Source: Cycas panzhihuaensis (lineage: Eukaryota > Plantae > Cycadophyta). From it: a DNA stretch of 64,000 nt. Numbering within the stretch: position 1 is the stretch's first letter; each line of letters opens with the position of its first letter. Shown piece by piece: positions 23,162 through 35,900 of the stretch. The stretch is taken from assembly GCA_023213395.1 (NCBI GenBank), contig CM041465.1, positions 223,207,741-223,271,740 of the forward strand, in the 5' to 3' direction. A program made the position numbers and the translations under genes. The notes beneath the pieces were generated by a model. It saw only the letters and a list, made by a program, of their open reading frames with translations. It searched no databases and was not told the origin of the DNA.

Positions 23162-25039
23162 GATGGTTGAGGTCCAAGACTGTGTAACTGTTCCAAATGT
23201 TTCTTTCTTTTTTGTGCAGAGCAAATGAAATGTTAGTGGTCATGGAATTTTTGCATAAGCCAACTATAGATTTTTTAATTTTTGTTTTCTTTTTTTAACT
23301 TTCTGTAGTCCATTGGCATATGGCCATTTCAATTGCACTTGTTGAAATGTTTTTTATGACTGTTTAACCCTTTTTTTTGTTTACCGTAGATTCTGTGAAA
23401 CCATTAACATCTATAGCAAATTCAGAATGTCAGGTTTTGGTTCTAAGTGCAGAACCTGTTTGGTCACTTTCACTTCTGTGCTTGAAATCCATTAATCACT
23501 ACTAGCACAGCTCTCTCCCACTGTTTTTGTGTCTTCACGCATACACCTTTTACAACTATCAAAGATAATTAACATTAGTTGCAAGTAGGGACTAATTAGT
23601 CAAAGAATAAATTCGGAATTTGTCAAACATAAATAAACAATAAAACAAAAGACAAATGAGTTTAAGCGACATGCTTGATTAAACTTTAAATAAATTTGGA
23701 GGGAGAAGCTTCACTGTCTGTATTTTGTAATTTTGTCAGTGTATTTGAGGAAAGCTTCACAATTTCTGCTTAAGCTTCAACTTTAGTATTTCACAATGTG
23801 GCAATTTGAAAGTTGCACAGTGATGCCATCATCAAGACAAGGGCATTACATTATATGCTATGTATTTGAGAAGTTACTGCATATTCACCATTGTGCACAC
23901 GTGCAATAATTCTTGTGTGACCACAAGAATGCCATAGGCCACACAATAGGCAAATTCAAATCCAAGGTTGAGCAATGGTAAAGCACTGGTGGGAAAGGAA
24001 TCCTGGACTGTGACAGGAGTCCTAAATATTTAATTTTAGGATCAATTTATGTCTCTTATCCTACCAATTTGTTCTTTATTGAGATTCTCACTAATGCCAA
24101 TGTTGGACCCGATTCAATGCCTGAAGTTTCATAAGATTGGAATCCTCCAAAAGCTTATGACAGGATTGTTAATCATTGTAACTAGCAGTAAGTCTACTTT
24201 GCTTTCCTTTGGTATTTTGTGTATACTTTGAAACAGTATGGGAGGAGTGATTCTATGGTATAAAAAACATTTTATGTGGTGACTAATTCACAAAGATCAG
24301 ATAATATTCTGAAATTAGGAGCAGTGATTTAGGTATTTAAATTGGCAGCAAGTCATTGACTTTTTCTTAATGCCAACCAATGCAATTATCTCTTTTGAAG
24401 TTAAATATCTAAAATGCTACATCATTAAGAAATTGATACGATGTGCAAAAAATTTAGCAGAATTTGCCATATTTATGTAGCTTGGAGGAGGAACAATCCA
24501 AATATTCTTGCCAGTGTTTTTAGAGTTATATGTAGAAGCACAAGAATTTATCTAGAACACGAAAATAATACACAAAGAAATCAATTTTATCTTTTAAGAA
24601 TATGTGGACTTTAGTGAGTGCTTATTTTATTAGGAGGAATCTCCTCTAGATAACATTTAGTTAAGAGATGAAGATCAAATGTAAGATGTTAGCAAGATTC
24701 CTTGATTTCCACATACGCCTAGTGAGCAAGATCTGCAAACCCAACCTGTAGAAGAGAAGCAAAAATACTTATGGCTTGAAAAATTTATCTTATCTCAGAC
24801 ATTTACGTGATTTCCACTAATTATTTTTTGACAATATTTAAATTTTGGCTTACGATTTGGGCATTGGCTTCCACCTTATCCTCCAAGATTTATTTAACAA
24901 TTTCCTCTTCTAAAGGGCTGATGTTTGTATAGGTTGCCTATAATCCCTGTCTTTTTTCTAAGGCTCATTTTTCTTTGTTGTAAGGCTTTGATAGGGAGAG
25001 CCTGCCTTTAACTAGTAAGAAGTTTTGGAATTAGCTAAG

Positions 25040-25366
25040 TGTTAGAATTATTTAATATCTGCATTGATTAGGTTTATAACTTCAAGCTATGAGCCTCCCC
25101 CTTTATGTGTTGTACATTAGTTATTTTTTATTATTATTGTGTTGGAATGATGTGTCATGGGGGTTAATCATTCAACACGTCACTTTAGATGTATGTAAGT
25201 TACATTTGTAGGAGTGTTTATATGCATATTAGTTGTGTATTGTAAGTTTTAAAATGAAAGAAAAGTAGATGAATACTATTGAACTTTTGAAACTAATTTT
25301 CTAAGTCTTGATTGTTGCTATCACTCTTTGTTAGATCTTGGTTTTATGCCAACATGTTATTAGAGC
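25040..25366 (+). repeat. Old LTR (25040-25354) plus degenerate PBS of a Copia-like relic, interrupted by the element at 25622
   Basis: TGTTAG...CCAACA followed directly by TGTTATTAGAGC (degenerate iMet PBS); no partner LTR found. Confidence 0.5.
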
Positions 25367-28189
25367 AAGATTAGGATATTGTGGGACTAGGATTAGATGC
25401 ATGTTTGTGCATGGTTAGATGCATATGCGTGTAGGTTTAGGGCCTATTTTAAGTAGATTAAGTTCATGTGAACAAGATTAAGTTCATGTGTGAGTTTGAG
25501 TAGGATTTGAGTGAGCAATTTTTGAGAGTTTTTAGAGCTCAAAAATAAATATTTTGGATCTATATACTTAAATTCAATTGTGCTTTTCACATGCGTGTTG
25601 CAACAAACTTGTTGCAAGCTGTGTAATATAACCCTATCTCCATAAGTTGAAGGAAGTATTAGCATATGGAATCCGCCAAAGGGTTATGTGATCTCATGAA
25701 TATTCTGTAGTACTTACTTATTTAGTAAATGCCTAAATAGTCGTATTCACTTATTTAACAAGTACTCAAATAGTGGTGCTTTTGTATTATCCGTATTTAA
25801 CAAGTAGTTGTGCTTTTGTATTGCACATGCATTTAGTAAGTAGTTGTGCTCACTTATTTAGTAAGTGCTTAGAATAGAGGTGCGAGTTTTTGTCCCACAT
25901 GCATTAGTGGGAAGTAAGCCTTAGTAGTTGAAGCACTATATATACTCTCTCGGGTCTTGATTGTAATTCATTCTTGGTTCATATTACTTAAGAGGAAGAA
26001 CTTTGGCTCTCTTTGGTGATCAATTGTCTCTTTTGGTTCTCTTTAGTGCTTATTATTTCTCTTACTTCTCTCTTTGGAGTCCTCTATTGTGGAAGATACG
26101 TTACAAGTGGTATCAGAGGCACCTTCTAAGGTTGATTTTGTGCAATTTTTTTTTTTTTTTCTAGCGACCTTTCGCACTTACTTATCGTATGCTCTCACCT
26201 CGCCCACTCAGATCTTGGTGATCAGAAAGTAGTGAAAGTGGTGGGTTACTTAATTATGTAAGTGGAGATTTTCAGCAAAGTTTAACACCCGACATGGCCA
26301 ATTCTGTAATAAATTCTTCTTCTTTTTTGACTAAAACACTGTATTGCAGATCCAGATAAGGGAAAATCCCCGTTTGCTTAATTGTGGGAAGTGCTTGGGC
26401 ATAAGCCTTAAAATTCATTGAGAAGTACCACGAGAACCCTTAAGTAGTTGGCCGAAATGTTTGTCAGTGAAACAGGCAATGACCCCATCCCAAATTACAT
26501 TCTCTTCCTTGAGTGTATATAAAGGGCTGTCGTTTTGAGATAAATCCGTGGTTGGGTTTTCAGTAGTTATTTCCTTCAAGAAGTAATTGTTGTGATTTTA
26601 GAGAGCGGTACTTGCTTAGACAACATTTGTGGCTAGTGAGATTGACCATAATCCCCTAGGAAGCCTTCTATTGGGACCTGCTACCTATTTCAGTCAACGT
26701 TATGTTTGAGTTAAACACTTGCAGCGGTCAGACTAGTATCGGCACAAAACAGAACAAACAATTAAAAAGAAAAAAAGCAAAGAAAAAAAAAAGAAGCTTT
26801 TACTTATCAAAAAAAAAAAAAATTTTTTTTGGGTCAACTGTCTATAGACACTCCGTTCCCCTCCCTTTCCCTCTCATCTTTTCATCGCAATTTCTAGGAG
26901 CACCCATTCCATTTTACTTATCCCTCTTTGTAAATTCCTTTCTTTTAACTATTCCCCTCTTCTTTAAATACCTTCTACAATCATCATGGGTCTAACTCAA
27001 AGTGACCTAATCTCACTCTTGGAGAATCAATTCACCACATTACAGAAGGAAGTTAAGACAAAAGTGCAAGAGGTAAAAGTCGATATGTTAAATCTAGCAT
27101 CAAAATCTGACATGGCTTCTATTATGTTCTAGATGGCACAGATAACAATGTAAATCATGTCAAATCAAAATTAGATGGTCCAAATTGCAGCACAAATTTC
27201 TTCTCATCAAGCAGGTCTTGTACCACCACCACCGTCGTTGTTGCTCCTGCGACAACAATAATCATTTCACCATAAAATCAATATTCCAACCTTTGATCTT
27301 GATCTGAATAGGGAAAGTACTCGCAATTGGATAAGTAAATTAGAATCCTACTTCGCCCTCAAGCTAATGATTAAATGATCCGAATTTGAATGGAAAAGCA
27401 AAACCTTAGTCCAATCGAAACAAATTCAGAACAATATACAATAAGGTTACATTAAATTTAAAAATATTTGGATTTGTCCTTACAAAATTCTATATTTATG
27501 TGCTCTATTGAGCATGAATAGGATTGGTACAGCAATTTGGGAAAGGAGAAATGTGTGTTGGGCGCATTTCGAGCTGCTACATACACTTTGGTACCATTAC
27601 CAACGATTTATGTATGAAGTTTTGGTTGTCGTTCAACCATAAACCCTTTCTTGGAGAAGCTTTCTGCCTGGTGTCTTCCTTGGATTGCTACGGTTGGTTT
27701 TCTTCTTCCTTTGGTTGCAACTAAGCCTTCTTGGGCTTCTTCAATGCTCCCGCGAACAGATCTGGAAACTCTTCCCTTGCTTCTTCCATCTGTTTCTTCT
27801 TGCACCTCTTTTTCCTCCATTTCCTCTATGCAGTCTTTAGTCTTGGAACCATTTTTATTCTTTGGAAAGCTATTTTGTATTAACTCCCCACGATTCTTGC
27901 TCCTCTTACTGCATTTACAGTTGCTGGGCATCCTTCTTCCCCCTTCCTCAAGAAATCTGGGCAGTTTAAAACGCTACCATGTATGTTCATTTTCTAAACG
28001 GTTTTCGTGTTTTAGTTTTTCAACAAACTTTTGATCGGTTGAAAAACTAACTTAAAACGGTTTAATCTAGGGTTTTCTTTCTTCTATTATGTAGAGGACA
28101 CGTACAAAATCGTCCTCCTAAAATTTCGTGCGAAACAGACTCATTTTTCCCTATCAAAATTGTATCCATTTTTTTGTTTTCTATTTTTT

Positions 28190-28285
28190 GGGTTGCACTT
28201 GTGGTTGCTTTAGGTTGCACTTGCAGACTGCCTGGTTGCACTTGTAAACCACTTGGCTGCACTTGTAGTCCACTTGGTTGCACTT
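28190..28285. repeat. 21-bp tandem repeat (GGTTGCACTTGTAGTCCACTT-like) inside the LTR; second array at ~33985-34110
   Basis: About 5-6 degenerate units visible in each LTR. Confidence 0.85.
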
Positions 28286-28479
28286 GTGGTCCATATGGTT
28301 GCGCCTGCTTTGTATTTTTAAAGCATCTAAATGGCATTTTTCTACTAAATGAAGATTACAAACATGAAAAATAAATATTAACAAGGCATTTTATATTCAT
28401 TTTAAAGAGTATTATGAAATTAAAGATTCGAAAACGGATTAGAACTCCCCCTTTTTAGGAGTTTATGGCCTCATGAACC

Positions 28480-31400
28480 TTATAGTTGTAGATGAGGGAA
28501 TTTGACTTTCCCTTTCTCCCTGTTGTACCATTTTGCCTTGCTAGGTGCTTGTCATTTTTCTGCAATCCTGAAGGACTCGATTGTGCCTCTTCTGGTCTTG
28601 ATCTGCTTCCTTTGAAGAATGCAATCATTTTGCATCGGTTCCTCTTTCTCTACTCGCAACTCCTCTAGATTTGGTAAGAGTGGAACTTTGTCTTCATCTT
28701 CATCCAACATGGATGGCTCGAACATCTTCAAATTTTCAACATTCACAACTGAATACATCTTCATGAATTTTGGAAGTTCAAGCTGGAAAGCATTTTCCTC
28801 AATCTTCTTTAAGATTATAAAAGGACCATAACATATAGGGTTTAGCTTTTTACCTTCACCTTGCAATCGTTTCTTACTGAGATGCAACCAAACTCTATTT
28901 TCTTCCTTAAAGGAATAGCTGATTCTATGTGCATCATGCCTCTATTTATATCTCTATTGAGATTTTTGAAGCTGCTACTCAACCTGTTGATGGATTTTTC
29001 CAATTCTTTCCAAGAATCTTTGTGCCTTCTCATTTCCTTCTTCCTCCTTTCCATTTCCTGCAGAAAGTTGAGTAGAAAATTCTAGATTGAATGGACTTGC
29101 AAGCGGAAATCTCAAACATACCTCAAATGGTGATTTCTCGGTGGAGCTATGAATAGCTCTGTTGAAGGCAAATTGCAAGTATGAGAGACTTTCATCCCAA
29201 GTCTTAAGATGCTTGGCATTGTATCCTCGTAACAACTGTACCAACGTCCTGTTGACGACTTCAGTTTGACTGTTTGTTTGAGGATGAAAGGCTGTGCTCA
29301 TCTTCAGCTTCGTATCCATCATTCTCCAAAGCGTTTGCCAAAAATGACTTATAAATCTGCTGTCTTGATTAGAAATGATTGAGTTGGGAAGTCCAAAATG
29401 CTTTCAAACATGCTGGAAAAACAATCTAGCCATGTCTTTCTCTATATGTGTTTTTCTACAGGGAATCAACACCACCATTTTACTAAATCGATCAACAACT
29501 ACAAACAAATAATCCATACCATTTTTGGTCTGTGGTAGTCGTCCGCGGAAATCCATGGAGATACTCTCCCATGGTCGTGATGGAATAGAAAGTGGAGTGT
29601 ACAATTCAAACTTCCTATTGACCGGCTTTGATGTGCTACACAATGTACATTCTCGTACTGCTGTAGTCACGTCCTCCTGCATGTTTGGCCAATACATATA
29701 TCGCTGCAAATTCAGCAATGTCTTTCCCACTTCAAAGTGTCCTACAACTCGAGAGGTGTGAGTTTCTCTTATCCCCTTCGTTCGGTCTGCATGCTTTGGA
29801 ATACAAAGCTTGTCTTGCTTGAAGAGGAGGCCATCTTTCAGCTGAAACTCAGCAACTACTTTTCCCTGTTGTAGCTGCTCAAAGATAGGCTTGAATGCCT
29901 TATCTTCCAAGTACAAATTAACACATTCATCATGGCAGAACGACTGAAATTGCATAGCTATTAACAAACTAGAAATAGCTTGCTGTTGAGGAGGTCTGGA
30001 CAGTAAGTTTGCAATTTTATTTGTCGCGCATTTCTTATACTTGACCACAATGTGAAACTACTGCAAATAGGACATCCACTTCATGTGCCTAGCCTGCTGC
30101 AATTTGGATTGAGTTTGCAAGAATTGCAAAGGCTTGTGGTCAGTGTGGATGACCACCTCTTTTCCTAACAAATACGGTCTCCAATGCTTAACGACTTGGT
30201 ACAATGCATAGAGCTCTTTATTGTAAGTTGGGTAGTTTATGACAGCTCCATTAAATGTCTCTGAATGGTATGCTATCAATCTTCCCTCTTGCTTCAACAC
30301 TGCTCCCATGGTATAGCCCATCAGTCTCAAATTCAAATGGTTTTTGCAACAAGGGTAAGGCTAACACTGGTGCCTCACAAATTTTCTGCTTCAAAAGCCT
30401 GAAAGCTTTCTCTTGTTCATTCTCCCAATGAAACTTTGCATGTCCTCCCGTCAATGCATGAAGAGGTGCTGCAATTTGAGAGAATTTGAAAATAAATTTT
30501 CTTAAATATTGACATGCACTAATGAAACTTCTTACCTCCGTGGTTGTCTTGGGTGTGGGCCAACTGAGAATGACTCTAATCTTTGCTGGGTCAATCTTCA
30601 ATTCTCCTCTTCTAAGTACAAAACCTAAGAAGATGAGAGATTGCTTTCCAAACTCGCACTTCTTCAGATTAAGTTTCAACCGCTGCTCTTGGAGGACTTT
30701 GAGCACTTGCTCGACATGTTGGAGGTGCTCCTCCCAAGTATGACTGAAAATCATAATATCATCTAAATAAACAATTACAAAGTCATCAATGAAGGGTCTT
30801 AATACCTCATTCATCAACCTCATGAAGGTGGCAGGTGCGTTGCACAGACCAAAAGGCATCACCAACCATTCGAACAACCCTTGCTTTGATTTGAAGGCTG
30901 TTTTCCAAGTATCCTCCTCCCGGATTCAAACCAGATGGTAGCCTGATTTCAGGTCCAACTTGATGAAATATCTTGCAGACTGTAGCTGGTCCAACAAGTC
31001 ATCTATCTGTGGTAAGGGACGTTGATTCTTTATGGTGATCTTATTCAAAGCTCGGTAGTCAATGCACATTCTCCATCCTCCATCTTTCTTTAGCACCAAA
31101 ACAATAGGTGAACCATATGGGGAACAATTCGGTTTGATCACCTCTTGCTCCAAGAGTTCTTGAATCTGCCTCTTAATCTCTTCATTCTCCAAAACTGAGT
31201 TTCGATAGAGACTAAGATTTGGCAAAGGTGAATCGGCAACCAGTTGGATTTCATGTTCAATTGCCCTTTTAGAGTGCAGCCCTTTTGGCTCCTAGAATAC
31301 GTCATTGTACCTATTCCTTAGGCCTTTAATCTACTGCACTTGTTTCTTATCCAGCGCTTGCATTGGGGACTCTGCTTACTCTTTTTTTTCCACCTTTTGC

Positions 31401-32983
31401 TTTATCATCAACAGCACAAACTTCTTACAAGCATTAATCAATCTTTTCGCTTGTTGGGAAGATATGAGAGAGATCTTCTTTTGTGGCTTTGATGCATTGA
31501 TCATATATGATTTCCTGTCCTTGATGAGTCGAATCTTCCTCAGTCTCCTATGATGAACTCCATCTCTATCATAGAGATATGGGCTGCCAAACACAACTTG
31601 ACAAACATCCAAAGGAACTACCTCACATTCAACTTCATCAATGAGCCTTTTAGAAATTGCAAATTTGAACTTACATTGGTGAGTAACCTGCAATTCTGAA
31701 TCTTTTTGCAGCCATCCAAGAGGATATGGTTTTGGATGTGCATGCATTTTTAATCCCAGCTTCTTTACCAATGCCTCTGAAATTAAATTCTTTTGGCTTC
31801 CTCCATCAAAGATGGCATCAACCATACTTTGCTTCACTTGGATTCTTACCATGAAGAGCTCCTCTCCAATCTCTGGATCAATTTTGTGGTTGTTTTTAGG
31901 CTCCGCATTAGCCATGAGCATTAGCTTCTCATTGGCTCCTTCAATGCCACAAACATCTTCATCACCTATAGAGTTAAGTAAAGCTTTGCCTTTAGTTTTA
32001 GCTTTACCTTTTCCCTTGTTCTTGGGCCACTTCTCTAGATGTAAGAACCAACTATCTTCTATGCTGTGATTTGCTCGCTTGCAATCTGTACAAGTGATTT
32101 TGATTTCGGTGGTATTGACTTGTTTCTTCTTGCCAAAACCCTCAATCGGTTGTTGTCCAACTTTATTTAGAAACTTCTTTCCTTGGGCAGGTTTGTTGCT
32201 ACCTTCTTGACGTGCAAACATTTTCCTCTCCATGAAAACCTTCTTGTTCCTCTTTTCTATGGCAATCGCCTTCTTACTGGCCTCATTAAGTGATTTAACT
32301 TCAAATAGTTGAAGTTCTTGCTAAATATGCTAGTGCAGCCCTCCAATATACTTCAGCATGATGTCTTTACCCAATAAAGAGATGCCCAACACAATAGCTT
32401 GCTTTTGAAATTCTGTTGTGTAGTCTTGGACATTTTGGCCTTTTTTCTGTTGGTAATACTGCCATTTAATTCTTTGTTGCTCTTCATATCCAATAGGGTA
32501 GAAATGCTTCTTTATGAGGATTTTAAATCGTTGCCATGTAATTTCATCTACATTATGGGATTTAAGGTATACATTCCACTAAACTAATGCATGCTTAGAC
32601 AATTTTAACCTAGCAAAAGTAATTTTCTGCTGTTTTTTATACCCATAAATGGAAAAATATGTTTCTAGTTGGTCTAACCAACCATCTAACTTTTCAGCAT
32701 ATAAGGTACCATCATAGATGGGTAATTCAAGTTTTGCCTCTACCTTGAATGGATGTGTTGTTACCGATGGATTGTCATCTTCTTGCTCTTCTTTTTGGTC
32801 TTTTACAGGTTTTTCATTTGTTTCCTTTTTCACCAGTTCATCTTCTTCCTTCTTTATGCCTTTGGCTGTTGAAGAAGTTGCACCTTGTTGAGAGACTAAT
32901 TGTGCCACAAGTTGGGTTAGTCTGTCGAGGTTTTGCTCCATTTTCATGAACCTTTTCTCCATCTCTTGCTTCGGCTCAGCCAT
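28480..32983 (-). pseudogene. gag-pol of the nested CRM-like element (stops and frameshifts)
   Basis: Track ORFs give gag, protease (IFDGGSQKNLI), RT (YLDD), RNase H, integrase and a chromodomain-like tail; homologous to the ORF at 1-4080. Confidence 0.9.
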
Positions 32984-35900
32984 TTTCCTTCGCTATCTAC
33001 GCTATTTTTTAAGCAGTTCGATTAAAGGTTTGCCAATCAACAAATACTGAAACCTAGTTTTCATAAAAACTTTTTCACAGCTAAAACAAAGAGGGTTTTT
33101 TTTTTTTTTCCCTTTAAAATCCCTAAATTCCCAAGGGTTTCAAGAAAACTAGCTCTGATACCAAAATATTTGATCCGAATTTGAATGGAAAAGTAAAAAC
33201 TTAGTCCAATTGAAACAAATTCAGAATAATATATAATAATGTTATATTAAATTTGAAAATATTTAAAATTTTCCTTATAAATTTCCATATTTATGTGCTC
33301 TATTGAGCATGAATAAGACAACTACAACAATTTAGAAAAGGAGAAATGTGTGCTGGACGCATTTCGAGCTGCTGCATACTCTTTGGTACCATTACCAATG
33401 ATTTATGTATAAAGTTTTGGTTGCCGTTCAACCATAAACCCTTTCTTGGAGAAGATTTCTGCCCGGCGTCTTCCTTGGAGTGCTACGACTGGTTTTCTTC
33501 TTCCTTTGGCAGCAACTAAGCCTTCTCGGGCTTCTTCAATGCCCCCACGAACAAATCTAGGAACTCTTCTCTTGTTTCTTCCGTCTATTTCTTCTTGCAC
33601 CTCTTTTTCCTCCGTTTCTCCTATGCAGTCTTTAGTCTTGGAGCCATTTTTCTTCTTTGAAAAGCTATTTTGTATTAACTCCCCATGATTCTTGCTCCTC
33701 TTGATGTGTTTACAGTTGCTAGGAGTTCTTCTTCCCCCTTCCCAAAGAAATCTGGGCAGTTTATAACCTTGCCATGCATGTTTATTTTTTAAACGGTTTT
33801 CTTGTTTTAGTTTTTTAACTAACTTTTAATTGGTTGAAAAACTAATTTAAAACCATTTAATCTAGGGTTTTTTTTCTTCTATTGTGTAGAGGACACATAC
33901 AAAATTGTCCTCCTAAAATTTTGTGCAAAAAAGACTCATTCTTTCTCGTCAAAATCGTGTTCGTTTTTCTGTTTTCCGTTTTTCAGGTTGCACTTGTGGT
34001 TGCTTTAGGTTGCACTAGGTTGTACTTGCAGACTGCCTGGTTGCACTTGCAGTCCATTTGGTTGCACTTGTAGTCTACTTGGTTGCACTTGTAGTCCACT
34101 TGGTTGCACCTGCTTTGTATTTTTAAAGCATCTACATGGCATTTTTCTACTAAATGAAGGTTACAAACATGAAAAATAAATATTAACAAGGCATTTTATA
34201 CTCATTTTAAAGAGTACTATGAAATTAAAGATCCAAAAACGGATCACTAAAGAGGATAAACTATTGTATGCCTCTATCCACTTAGATGGGAAAGGACATT
34301 ACTGGTTTAATTGGTGGAAAAAAGAGTACCCTTCAACCCAAACGTGACAACACTTCACAAACTATTTTTTCAAGCAGTATAAAGATACTTGGAGTCGGTC
34401 ATTCTTCATTTAGTTGACTAGGCTTAAGCAATTATCATTTGTAGAGTCATTTACAGATGAATTCCAAGTATTATTTAATCGATGTTCGCAAGGTCAAAAT
34501 CTAGATAAGCAAACTTTGATTGACACTTATGTAGTAGGGCTCCAGGATCATATTCATATGCGTCTTAAGACATTATCCTTGCCTTCTCTTAAGGAAGCTA
34601 TTAGAATGGAAAAAGTAGTAGGGGCAGAGTTCGTAGTTGAAGGATCTGTGTACACTTGAAGAGACACTCCATGGTCCTCACGACCTCGACAAATAGACTT
34701 CCAATGGCCCTGCCCTCGGTTTGATGATGCACCCTCAGACAGAGTTTCAACGTCCCCGACCTCGACCTGATGACACACCTCATCCTCCAATAGATCGACA
34801 GATAGAAGGACCCTCAACAAAAAGAGTCTAAATCTCACAAGTCGAAGCACAACGACAGGTAGAGGTAGGTCTCTGTATACAATGCTTAGAAAAGTGGACT
34901 GCTGGCCATGGTTGCATTTGTTCAGCGAGGCATATGGTCTTTTCTATTGATCCCATAGATGACCCATCAAATTCTGATTCCGATGAAGAGGTTGATGAAG
35001 GAATCCAGGCAGACTCCAACCCTGACCTCCAACTTGAAGTATTCGTTTTAGTCGTAGCCTCTATTGCTTGTCCTGAACCCTTACGAGTTAGAGGCATTCT
35101 TCAAAAGACTCCAATATCAATACTGATCAATGGTGGTGTGTCTTTGAACTTTATCGATATCTCATTAGCTAAGTAACTAAACCTATATATTATCCCAAAG
35201 ACTGGTTTCACTTGCTCTCTTCCAGGGTACTAGAAGCTCCATTGTGCATATGTCATAAAAAATCACATGTCCAAATTGGCTTGTACCTCCTAACCTTTGA
35301 TTTTTACGCATTATCTATAGGAGGATCTGATGCTATATTAGAGATCCAATGGTTGCAAGCCTTAGGAACTTATAGTATGAATAATTCACCCTCTAATCCA
35401 TTCATAATGTTTGAAGATCATATGAGAAAAACACACAAACTCTATGGTATACAATCCCCTCCAAACCAACTTGTCTCACCATGTCAAATACATCTTCAAA
35501 CCAACTTTGGCTATATAGTTTGCCTAAATAATATCCAAATTGATCCCTCAATCTACTCGCATATCTAGAATGTTATTACAAAGTATGAGCAAGTATTTGC
35601 TCCTCTCCCTTCCACCACCCCACTTGACTATGGTTTTTACCATACAATCAAACTGAAATCTAACCATGACCCAATTAGCCTATGACCATATAGAACTTCC
35701 TATTTCCAGAAAAATGAAATTGAGAAAATCACGACTGAACTAATGGACATGGGAATAATCTAGCCCAACAAAAGTCTATATGCAGTACCAATCGTCTTAG
35801 TTAAGAAAAAAGATGGCTCTTTTCGCCTTTGTGTGGATTACATGGAGCTTAACAAGATTATTATCGAGAATAAGTTTCCCACTCCACGAATCGATGATAT

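Larger units (their letters stand above)
27376..34246 (-). mobile_element. CRM-like Ty3/Gypsy element nested in the gag of the chromovirus
   Basis: LTRs 27376-28441 and 33171-34246 (TGATCC...GGATYA); TSD TTAAA/CTAAA; PBS 33163-33152; PPT 28456-28445. Host gag reads KLMIK|EDKLLYASIHL across the insertion. Confidence 0.93.

Noticed and set aside
23800-24900. Possible transposase or exon remnants
   Set aside because: Only short open stretches without identifiable motifs or consistent splice structure.
28190-28285. Regularly spaced GGTTGCACTTG repeats resembling a CRISPR array
   Set aside because: The units are a 21-bp minisatellite with similar rather than unique spacers, duplicated in both LTRs of a plant retrotransposon; no cas genes.
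27524-34189. Short ORFs inside the LTRs and antisense to pol
   Set aside because: Shadow ORFs arising from repeats and codon bias; not conserved intact between the two LTR copies.
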